Translations under genes and position numbers: made by a program
Part shown: positions 1 through 5,205 of the stretch, piece by piece
How positions within the stretch are numbered: the first letter of the stretch is position 1
Layout: each line of letters starts with the position of its first letter
The notes under the pieces: model-generated
The model's input: the letters and a program-made list of their open reading frames with translations, nothing else
What the model was told of the DNA's origin: nothing
The model's database searches: none
From: a virus
Length of the DNA stretch: 39,041 nucleotides
Reading direction: 5' to 3' (one strand)
IMG/VR virus record: IMGVR_UViG_3300045988_101895

Positions 1-55
1 CAGCATGGGGCTCCGTTATGGATGCACTTCGGCGTTTCGGTCATTCGGCATTCTC
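1..55. repeat. 55-bp terminal overlap, identical to 38987..39041 (circularisation overlap)
   Basis: Compared base by base: cagcatggggctccgttatggatgcacttcggcgtttcggtcattcggcattctc occurs at both ends. Confidence 0.95.
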
Positions 56-239
56 CATTCTCTAACTGGGCGCGTTGATTCCATGCTTCAATCAATTCTT
101 CTTTGCTCGCGCAGAAAGAATCAAGCGTAAATACCATATCGCACCCCTCACAATAAAGTACAAAATCGCGAAAGTAACTGTACGCCTCGTCCAAGTGGAC
201 GTATCCACCGCAAAACGGGCACGGCTTTAGTTCGGTCAT
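1..239 (-). CDS. N-terminal part of the junction-spanning gene: Lar-like restriction-alleviation zinc ribbon; continues in frame into 38632..39041
   Basis: ATG at 239..237 forms an ATGA overlap with the stop of ORF 236..574. Translation is MTELKPCPFCGGYVHLDEAYSYFRDFVLYCEGCDMVFTLDSFCASKEELIEAWNQRAQLENGECR, then MTETPK... The CPFCGG...CxxC...EAWNxR pattern matches the Lar family as I remember it. I checked every in-frame triplet from 239 down to 42 and found no stop. Confidence 0.6.
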   Translation of the reverse strand, partial: MTELKPCPFCGGYVHLDEAYSYFRDFVLYCEGCDMVFTLDSFCASKEELIEAWNQRAQLENGECRMTETPKCIHNGAPC

Positions 240-574
240 TCGTTCTTTCCCTCCCCGTCCATCTTCGCGCCGCAGTTGGGGCAATAATTTGGCAACAGCT
301 CTGGATTGTCTGTGCCATCGTCTATGCAGTAATCGCACTTTGAGCAACTCCACACATCGTACACCAGTTCACCGTCGGCGTAACCATCAGATTCGCCTAT
401 CCATTCCCCATGCACCACCGGCGCAGCGTCAACAGCGGGCAGCGCGGCGAGCATGTTACACAACTCGACGATGTCATCCACCTGGTCAATATGCTTCCTT
501 CCGGCAGACAGCGCGTCTTTCCCGTACTTTTTGATCGCTTCTATGGCTTCTTTGCGCTCGATCAGTTCGCTCAT
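236..574 (-). CDS. hypothetical protein with C-terminal CxxC...CxxC zinc ribbon
   Basis: Track ORF 236..613. The preferred start is ATG 574 (MSELIERKEAIEAIKKYGK...) because it overlaps the upstream stop as ATGA and follows GGAGGGGCGGGAA. The C-terminus reads CSKCDYC...CPNCGAKM. Confidence 0.6.
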   Translation of the reverse strand: MSELIERKEAIEAIKKYGKDALSAGRKHIDQVDDIVELCNMLAALPAVDAAPVVHGEWIGESDGYADGELVYDVWSCSKCDYCIDDGTDNPELLPNYCPNCGAKMDGEGKNE

Positions 575-1170
575 TTCCCGCCCCTCCATACATAGCTCTC
601 GCTGTCGTGGCACTCATGGCACGTGCAATGGTGCTCACAATCCGCGCAGTCGCAGTCGCACAACACATCCAGCGTATTGTTCACGCAGCTGTTGCATGGG
701 TAGCCGCTCAGCGCCGCCCGCAGAATATCCTCCGCCGCCATCTCTTTCAGCTTGGTGTTTTCTGCTTCGCACTGTTTGTACGCGCCATCACTGATAGCCT
801 GCTCCCGCCGGGCCTTTTTTGCGGCGGTCAGCAGCTCGTCCAGCTTGGCAATGGGCTTCCCGGTCAGTGCCTCGCACAGTTGGCAGTAGAGGCCGTAGGC
901 GGCCAGCGCCCGGTCGGCTTCCGCCGTTTGGGGCTTTCTTGGCGCGGCGGATTGTGTGTCGGCTGTCTTATATTCTTGGTCAATCATGGCCGCAAAGTCT
1001 TCCAGCCCCTTTTCCGCCTCCGCCCGGCTCCCAGCGGGCGCAGCCACGATCTTGTGGCCGCAGCTGAGACAGGTGTAACAGGCCTTCCAGTGGCTTCCGC
1101 CCGGCTCTATGGTCTGGGTGATGATCCGCGTCATGGGGTATCCGCAGCGGCGGCATTTCCTTCGTTCCAT
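571..1170 (-). CDS. hypothetical Cys-rich protein (N-terminal zinc ribbon, C-terminal CxC-rich tail)
   Basis: Track ORF 571..1242. The start MERRKCRRCGYPM at 1170 is preceded by AAAAAAGGAGGAAGGACG. The C-terminus reads CNSCVNNTLDVLCDCDCADCEHHCTCHEC. Confidence 0.6.
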   Translation of the reverse strand: MERRKCRRCGYPMTRIITQTIEPGGSHWKACYTCLSCGHKIVAAPAGSRAEAEKGLEDFAAMIDQEYKTADTQSAAPRKPQTAEADRALAAYGLYCQLCEALTGKPIAKLDELLTAAKKARREQAISDGAYKQCEAENTKLKEMAAEDILRAALSGYPCNSCVNNTLDVLCDCDCADCEHHCTCHECHDSESYVWRGGK

Positions 1171-1187
1171 CGTCCTTCCTCCTTTTT

Positions 1188-1616
1188 TCAATCCGCTCTC
1201 CCCCGAAATATCACCACCGCCGATGGAAACGGCGCACTGCAATTAAGCCCGTTAAATCTAAGCCGTCCCCGCACAAAGCGCACCTCCCCGCGCATAGCGT
1301 AGTCATGCCACCAGCCGGTATCTGTCCGCGCAGGTACGAGGCACACCACCGTCGCACCGCTTTGGGCGGATTCATATGCCTTTTTCATCCATTTTCCGAT
1401 TTCGCGTCCGTATGGCGGGTTCATCCAGCAGGAGCCCCTCCACGTTTTTTCCAGTCCGTCGTCCGCTTTGGTGTAATATTCGGTGCATTTGGCATTTTCC
1501 GGCGTGGCGCATACGTCCACGTCAAAATGGAACTCCGCATCCAGAACCTTAAAAAAATCAAGCGGCGTTTCCCATTCGCAGCTGTTACTTGTGTACATCC
1601 CTTTGTTCATGCCCAT
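1188..1616 (-). CDS. phage DNA N6-adenine methyltransferase (Dam-like, phage Dam family)
   Basis: The translation contains EWETPLDFF...DVCATPENAKC...WMNPPYGREIGKWMKKA...VCLVPARTDTGWWH...VRFVRGRLRF. The NPPY catalytic motif and overall layout fit the phage Dam family. RBS is GGGAGGAAGGACAA-ATG. Confidence 0.85.
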   Translation of the reverse strand: MGMNKGMYTSNSCEWETPLDFFKVLDAEFHFDVDVCATPENAKCTEYYTKADDGLEKTWRGSCWMNPPYGREIGKWMKKAYESAQSGATVVCLVPARTDTGWWHDYAMRGEVRFVRGRLRFNGLNCSAPFPSAVVIFRGRAD

Positions 1617-1635
1617 TTGTCCTTCCTCCCTTGAT

Positions 1636-1664
1636 TTGATTTCTCGTTTTTTTCGTGGTATAAT
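1636..1664 (+). promoter_or_regulatory. sigma-70-type promoter, TTGATT-17 bp-TGgTATAAT (extended -10), rightward
   Basis: -35 TTGATT at 1636-1641, TG at 1656-1657, -10 TATAAT at 1659-1664. It shares the 11-mer GTGGTATAATA with the repressor promoter at 3947-3958. Confidence 0.65.
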
Positions 1665-1670
1665 ACAAGA

Positions 1671-1721
1671 GTCCTATTTCCTTTGGTTCGGGCCTCGGCG
1701 TTTTCGCCGGGGCCTTTTTTT
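1671..1721 (+). ncRNA. candidate ~50-nt small RNA, antisense to the leader of the leftward methyltransferase operon
   Basis: A consensus-like promoter is followed ~25 nt later by an intrinsic terminator, with no ORF between them. The transcript would be fully complementary to the minus-strand RNA just upstream of the Dam RBS. Confidence 0.5.
1691..1721 (+). terminator. rho-independent terminator (plus strand)
   Basis: GGCCTCGGCG-TTTT-CGCCGGGGCC forms a 10-bp stem with one G.U pair, followed by TTTTTTT (1715-1721). On the minus strand no U-run follows the hairpin. Confidence 0.7.
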
Positions 1722-1844
1722 GGTCCCATAAAATAGGCCCTCTTAGAGCGCCGGTGACGTACCAGTCCGCCGCGCGCCAGAGGGCCGCCCGCCCCGAAAA
1801 GATGGTGAAGGGGTAGGGTCGGGGTCATGCCCCTAGGAGGTGAT

Positions 1845-1865
1845 GGCACCCCACGCCTGAGGTGC
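1845..1865 (-). repeat. degenerate copy (R0) of the GGCGTGGnnTGGG hairpin motif
   Basis: The minus strand reads GCACCTCAGGCGTGGGGTGCC, with a GCACC/GGTGC stem. The core resembles R1-R3. Confidence 0.4.
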
Positions 1866-1890
1866 TACCCGGGTGTGTCCGGCCCGGGGT

Positions 1891-1961
1891 TGGTGGGGCC
1901 AGCCGGAGTTGAACCGGCCAGTGCGGGATTCCTGTGTTCCCGTGCCCAAACCGTGCGCCCC
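1891..1961 (-). ncRNA. tRNA-like element B (71 nt, encoded CCA), non-canonical
   Basis: Minus strand: GGGGCGCACGGTTTGGGCACGGGAACACAGGAATCCCGCACTGGCCGGTTCAACTCCGGCTGGCCCCACCA. The T arm is GCCGG-TTCAACT-CCGGC. The 3' end is TGGCCCC-A-CCA, and 5 of 7 acceptor pairs form. The stem CGGGA/TCCCG carries a 9-nt loop. There is no D stem. Confidence 0.45.
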
Positions 1962-2077
1962 ATGAAGTGCCCGTCTGTCCGGGCCGTCAAGCGTCTTTCC
2001 GCTTTGTCACACAACGGAAGGAGAGTTTCCCCCTCTCAAGGATGGACTGACAACCGGCACGTTGACCAGACGCACCG

Positions 2078-2173
2078 TGGTGGGGCGGGCGGGTGTCGAA
2101 CCCGCACCTTCGCCGCGTTAGCACAGCCGCGCGCATTTCGGCGACGTTCTTTCCCTGATGAACTCCCAGCCCC
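2078..2173 (-). ncRNA. tRNA-like element A (96 nt, encoded CCA), with the anticodon loop replaced by a 23-nt loop
   Basis: Minus strand: GGGGCTG-GGA-GTTC-ATCAGGGAAA-GAAC-G-TCGCCG-(23 nt)-CGGCGA-AGGT-GCGGG-TTCGACA-CCCGC-CCGCCCC-A-CCA. The acceptor stem has 6 of 7 pairs. The D arm has a GG loop. The variable region is 4 nt and the T arm is canonical. Confidence 0.5.
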
Positions 2174-2181
2174 ATGTTCGA

Positions 2182-2215
2182 CCCACTCCACGCCTTTGGC
2201 GCGTTGTGGGCTTCG
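2182..2215 (-). repeat. hairpin repeat R1 (34 nt)
   Basis: cccactccacgcctttggcgcgttgtgggcttcg matches R2 at 32 of 34 positions; both differences fall in the loop. The minus strand folds as CCCAC-AA-CGCGCC-loop-GGCGTG-GA-GTGGG. Confidence 0.8.
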
Positions 2216-2228
2216 GCCCTATGCGAGC

Positions 2229-2495
2229 CTATCCCCGCTCAAAGGGGATGACCTCCACGTTCCCGCAGAGCACCGGCTCCGGGCGGCGCAGGGTGTCGAG
2301 CCACGCCGTCAGCTGGGGCTCCAGCTCCTCCGGGGTCTTCCGACGGACGACGGCGTAGGGGAGGCCCCACCACTTCTGGGCCCACGCTTCGCACTCGTTC
2401 AGATAGGCCGGTGACTGGATCGCCCTCATGGCGGCTCTGGCGGTGTCCTGTGCGAGGATCGTCCGGGCCTGTGTGTCCAAGGCCATCGTGCTCAT
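2229..2495 (-). CDS. hypothetical protein (88 aa)
   Basis: Track ORF 2229..2522. The start MSTMALDTQ at 2495 follows AAAAAGGAGGAGACCCC and overlaps the upstream stop as ATGA. Confidence 0.6.
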   Translation of the reverse strand: MSTMALDTQARTILAQDTARAAMRAIQSPAYLNECEAWAQKWWGLPYAVVRRKTPEELEPQLTAWLDTLRRPEPVLCGNVEVIPFERG

Positions 2496-3190
2496 GGGGT
2501 CTCCTCCTTTTTCTCGGCCCACTCCACGCCTGCGGCGCGTTGTGGGCTTCGTCCTGCGCTGGCGCTTCGCGCCGTGCTCGTCCTCGGTTCGCTGCGCTCA
2601 CCCTTTTTTTCGGCCCATTCCACGCCCGCACCGCTGACCGTCGCGGGTCTCCGTCTGTGGGATCTCCCTTTTGGGGGCTGTTCTCGGTCTTGGCGTTTCG
2701 CGCCCTCCGGCAGATATTGAGCCAGCGCCGCCCGGGCGAATGCCTCGGCCTGTTTCCGTTTCACGGCCTTCTGGATCTCCTCCGCCGCGATTTTCCCCAC
2801 GGCCAGCTTGTACACCCGGCAGGGCTCCGGGCAGGTGAGGCAGTCAGCCCCGCAGCTCAGCTCCAGCAGCTCGTGGATCTTGAGCCGCCGCAGCCGCTCC
2901 ATCCCGTACTCGCAGGGGCTCTCGCACTCGATACAGGCTCCGAGGTTCAGCGTCCACCGTTGGTTCGTCCGCCCGTTATCCGCCGTTTTCCGCCCGCGTA
3001 TGTCCACCGGGTAGTGGGCGTTGTAACAGAGCGACTTTTCCAGCGTCTTGACGCTTCGGATCTTTCGGGGGTCGCAGTAGGTGTTGTGCGCGTTGATCGA
3101 CCCCTCCGAAGCAAAGAGGTGAGTCCCGAGGTCAAAGCGGGTCGCCATCTGGCCCGGCACGGCATGGAGGAAGTCATGGCTCTTTATCAT
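2492..3190 (-). CDS. hypothetical Cys-rich protein (possible Zn/Fe-S site); the C-terminal tail is translated through hairpin repeats R3 and R2
   Basis: Track ORF 2492..3262. The start MIKSHDFLHAV at 3190 overlaps the upstream stop as ATGA. Cys motifs: ACIECESPCEYG...SCGADCLTCPEPC. The tail contains AGVEWAEKK twice. Confidence 0.55.
   Translation of the reverse strand: MIKSHDFLHAVPGQMATRFDLGTHLFASEGSINAHNTYCDPRKIRSVKTLEKSLCYNAHYPVDIRGRKTADNGRTNQRWTLNLGACIECESPCEYGMERLRRLKIHELLELSCGADCLTCPEPCRVYKLAVGKIAAEEIQKAVKRKQAEAFARAALAQYLPEGAKRQDREQPPKGRSHRRRPATVSGAGVEWAEKKGERSEPRTSTARSASAGRSPQRAAGVEWAEKKEETP
2518..2551 (-). repeat. hairpin repeat R2 (34 nt)
   Basis: cccactccacgcctgcggcgcgttgtgggcttcg. 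It lies just upstream of the RBS of the 88-aa gene and inside the 3' end of the Cys-rich ORF. Confidence 0.8.
2604..2651 (-). repeat. hairpin repeat R3 (expanded 48-nt variant)
   Basis: cccattccacgcccgcaccgctgaccgtcgcgggtctccgtctgtggg has the same CCCA(C/T)TCCACGCC start and GTGGG end as R1/R2, with an inserted inner stem CCCGC/GCGGG. Confidence 0.6.
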
Positions 3191-3432
3191 AGGAACCACC
3201 ACCGCAGGAAAGCATAGAAAAACATTCCCACCGCCGCCATGAACAGCAGCACGACCTCCCAAGTCTTATCCGGCGGGCACACCGGCGCGGCCATCCGGCG
3301 CAGGCGGCGCTTGTAGCGCAGCAGGTTGAGGCCCGTCCGGGGGATAATCTCGATGCCGTGATAGATAGCCGGGCCTGTCCACGCTCTCAGCGCGGCCCGC
3401 TGGCGGTACGACCTCATTCTCAGCTCCGTCAT
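3187..3432 (-). CDS. hypothetical small membrane protein (C-terminal TM)
   Basis: ATGA overlaps at both ends. The C-terminus WEVVLLFMAAVGMFFYAFLRWWFL is hydrophobic. Confidence 0.6.
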   Translation of the reverse strand: MTELRMRSYRQRAALRAWTGPAIYHGIEIIPRTGLNLLRYKRRLRRMAAPVCPPDKTWEVVLLFMAAVGMFFYAFLRWWFL

Positions 3433-3665
3433 GCTTTCGCCCCCTTGGCCCGGCGCAGGTCGTCCTCCAACCCCTCGAAAAATACGTCCATGGGGCTGAC
3501 CATATAATGGCGGCAGAACGCCTCGATCTCCCGGCTGGTGAAGTCGTTTTTCCCATGGCGCTTGTTGTACAGGGAGGCCATGGAGATCCCCATCGCCTCC
3601 GCCGCGTCGACCATCTTCTCCCCCGTCAGTGCGAGGATGAGGTCGAATCGGGCTTGGTTGAACAT
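3429..3665 (-). CDS. Cro-like/HTH early regulator
   Basis: MFNQARFDLILALTGEKMVDAAEAMGISMASLYNKRHGKNDFTSREIE has a helix-turn-helix pattern. It is the second gene of the leftward early operon, which diverges from the repressor. RBS GGAGGGAGGGAATAGGAC. Confidence 0.6.
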   Translation of the reverse strand: MFNQARFDLILALTGEKMVDAAEAMGISMASLYNKRHGKNDFTSREIEAFCRHYMVSPMDVFFEGLEDDLRRAKGAKA

Positions 3666-3690
3666 GTCCTATTCCCTCCCTCCGCCAGCG

Positions 3691-3849
3691 TCACGCGCTG
3701 GCCTTGTTATCGTCCTTCTGGGCGCTCAGTCGGCCCAGCTCGTAGCCGCTCTGCATGGCGGCGGCTACCGCCATGGCCAGCTCCGCTTCCCGGTCGGTCA
3801 TCTCCGCCGCCTTGGCCATGATGACGCTGGCGATACTGTCTTTACTCAT
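3691..3849 (-). CDS. small hypothetical protein (52 aa), first gene of the leftward operon
   Basis: Not in the ORF track because it is under 60 aa. ATG 3849 follows AGAGGAGGCGGACAGG. Translation: MSKDSIASVIMAKAAEMTDREAELAMAVAAAMQSGYELGRLSAQKDDNKASA, stop at 3691. Confidence 0.5.
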   Translation of the reverse strand: MSKDSIASVIMAKAAEMTDREAELAMAVAAAMQSGYELGRLSAQKDDNKASA

Positions 3850-3880
3850 CCTGTCCGCCTCCTCTCTTGATTACGTGAAC

Positions 3881-3909
3881 ATTATACTTTATCAAATAAA
3901 GTTTGTCAA
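3881..3909 (-). promoter_or_regulatory. main leftward early promoter, perfect TTGACA-17 bp-TATAAT
   Basis: On the minus strand, TTGACA is at 3909..3904 and TATAAT at 3886..3881. It is followed after 3 nt by CACGTAATCAAGAG (3877..3864), the same leader as at 10365-10378. Confidence 0.8.
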
Positions 3910-3929
3910 CGGTTTTTGAACAAAAAATA

Positions 3930-3957
3930 TTGATTAAATGAAGTTTTGTGGTATAAT
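3930..3957 (+). promoter_or_regulatory. rightward repressor promoter, TTGATT-16 bp-TGgTATAAT
   Basis: -35 at 3930-3935, extended TG at 3949-3950, -10 at 3952-3957, 21 nt upstream of the repressor ATG. Confidence 0.7.
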
Positions 3958-3978
3958 ATAGTAGGAAAGGAGGTAAAC

Positions 3979-4356
3979 ATGACATCACTAAGTGAAAGAA
4001 TCAAGGCTGTACGTAAGGCAGCCGGGCTGAATCAGAAGGACTTTGGCACAAAGATCGGTATCGGGATGTCCGCCGTGTCGCTCCTTGAGAGCGGCACGAA
4101 CAACCCGTCAGACCAGACGCTCCGCCTGATCTGCTCCGAGTTCGGTATCTCCCGCCGGTGGCTGGAGACCGGCGATGGGGAGATGATCGACCCGCAGGTG
4201 AGCAGCGACATCCAGTCCATCACCCGCACCATGGAGGGCCAGAGCGAGGCCAAGAAGCGGCTGGTCAGGTTCGTGGTCAACATGCCGCCGGATCTGGCGG
4301 AAGCATTTCTGGCGTATCTGGACAGCCAAACGCAAAAAGAAGACCCCCGGACGTAG
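3979..4356 (+). CDS. CI-like repressor, XRE-family HTH
   Basis: Start MTSLSERIKAVRKAAGLNQKDFGTKIGIGMSAVSLLESGTNNPSDQTLRLICSEFGISRRWLETGDGEM follows AGGAAAGGAGG. It is divergent from the early operon. Confidence 0.8.
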   Translation: MTSLSERIKAVRKAAGLNQKDFGTKIGIGMSAVSLLESGTNNPSDQTLRLICSEFGISRRWLETGDGEMIDPQVSSDIQSITRTMEGQSEAKKRLVRFVVNMPPDLAEAFLAYLDSQTQKEDPRT

Positions 4357-4373
4357 TGTCCGGGGGTCTTCCC
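4337..4373. terminator. bidirectional hairpin terminator between convergent genes
   Basis: GAAGACCCCCGGAC-GTAGT-GTCCGGGGGTCTTC forms a 14-bp stem. The repressor stop codon lies in the loop. An A-run precedes the stem and a short T-rich segment follows it. Confidence 0.65.
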
Positions 4374-4383
4374 TGTTTGGTGG

Positions 4384-5034
4384 TTACTTTAACAGCAGTT
4401 TCAGCAGAATCATGAGCGCCACGATGATCCCAGCCGCGATGATCTTGTCCTTTTTCTGTTTTTCTTTTTTCTCGGCTTCCGCCTGTTTCCGCGCCGCTTC
4501 GGCGCGTTTTTCGGCTTCCGCCCGGTCTTGGATCGCGGCGCGGGCACGCGCGGCTCTGGCCTCTCTTTCCCGGTCGACGATCTCTTGTCTTTTGGCTTTT
4601 TCCAGATCCTCTTTGTGTTTCTCGTCGTATTCCTTTTTTTCCTCGTCGGTCGCCAGAAAGCGCATCACGAGACGCGCGCCGAAGTTGAGTCTTTCGCCGT
4701 CCGCGTCCGTCCCTCCGCCTGACACTTCAAAGCAGCTGACCCCGGCGTATCTGTCCCAGTGGGACAGGACAAAGGGCAGCTCCGTTTTCGGCACATAGCC
4801 GACCATTTCCGGCTCCTCGCCGCCGCGCACCCAGATCTCGACCGCCGGTTGACCCTCAAACTCCGTCAGCTTCGGCCCCACGTCCCGCTCGGCGCTAAAG
4901 CTGTCGTATGGCTCGTCCTCCCAGTAGATCCTCCGCAGGATGGTTTGACGTGACCGACGGCCATTTTTGTGCGTTACTCCCGCAACGTGCATTTCGCAGT
5001 AAAGACAGTTGTCCCTGTACCCGATCAGTGGCAT
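4384..5034 (-). CDS. HIRAN-domain protein with K/E/R/A-rich coiled-coil linker and C-terminal membrane anchor
   Basis: N-terminal HVAGVTHKNGRRSRQTILRRI...EMVGYVPKTELPFVLSHWD resembles the HIRAN fold signature. Residues ~130-195 are a charged helix (EKAKRQEIVDREREARAARARAAIQDRAEAEKRAEAARKQAEAEKKEKQKK). The C-terminus IIAAGIIVALMILLKLLLK is hydrophobic. RBS AGGGAGGAC. Confidence 0.55.
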   Translation of the reverse strand: MPLIGYRDNCLYCEMHVAGVTHKNGRRSRQTILRRIYWEDEPYDSFSAERDVGPKLTEFEGQPAVEIWVRGGEEPEMVGYVPKTELPFVLSHWDRYAGVSCFEVSGGGTDADGERLNFGARLVMRFLATDEEKKEYDEKHKEDLEKAKRQEIVDREREARAARARAAIQDRAEAEKRAEAARKQAEAEKKEKQKKDKIIAAGIIVALMILLKLLLK

Positions 5035-5067
5035 AGACGCGTCCTCCCTATGGTTCTTTTTCTCATT

Positions 5068-5205
5068 TTAACGCGGCTCTGTGGCTTTTTCAATCCCTCC
5101 GCGCAGTTCAAGCAGGGTCTCGGCATAAATTTCCACCTTGTACAGGTCTAATTGGCACAAACTTTCCAGCAGTGCCAGCACGCGGGCGCGGTCGTCGGCG
5201 CTCAT
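5068..5205 (-). CDS. small hypothetical protein (45 aa)
   Basis: MSADDRARVLALLESLCQLDLYKVEIYAETLLELRGGIEKATEPR. The ATG overlaps the stop of the 38-aa ORF as ATGA. Confidence 0.45.
   Translation of the reverse strand: MSADDRARVLALLESLCQLDLYKVEIYAETLLELRGGIEKATEPR

Noticed and set aside
1-55. The 55-bp end repeat as a genuine physical direct terminal repeat of the virion DNA.
   Set aside because: An ORF with a recognisable domain reads in frame straight through it. The genome has an HNH/terS/terL cos-type module far away, near 31.4-32.2 kb. An exact short overlap is what circular assemblies typically leave. Without reads, however, this cannot be proven.
1891-2173. A single one-piece (or permuted two-piece) tmRNA spanning both tRNA-like elements. 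The 5' GGGGCTG could pair with the distal TGGCCCC-ACCA. The internal CCA followed by GGGGCGC recalls permuted ssrA genes.
   Set aside because: Position 3 pairs with C rather than U in either combination, so there is no G3.U70 alanine identity pair. I could not find a tag reading frame ending in a hydrophobic LAA-like tail; the only in-loop frame reads SPKCARLC*. The span is only ~283 nt and I could see no pseudoknots. Each element also closes on itself. I keep it only as a resemblance worth testing.
1827-2414. Protein-coding ORFs across the tRNA-like region (1827..2414 plus strand, 195 aa; 1987..2175 minus strand, 62 aa).
   Set aside because: They have no RBS and an R/G/P-rich composition. 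They run through the tRNA-like stems and hairpin repeats, so RNA structure explains the region better.
2182-2651. The hairpin repeats as a CRISPR array.
   Set aside because: There are only 3-4 copies at irregular spacing (about 300 and about 50 nt). Copy lengths vary, the copies lie inside or against ORFs, and there are no cas genes.
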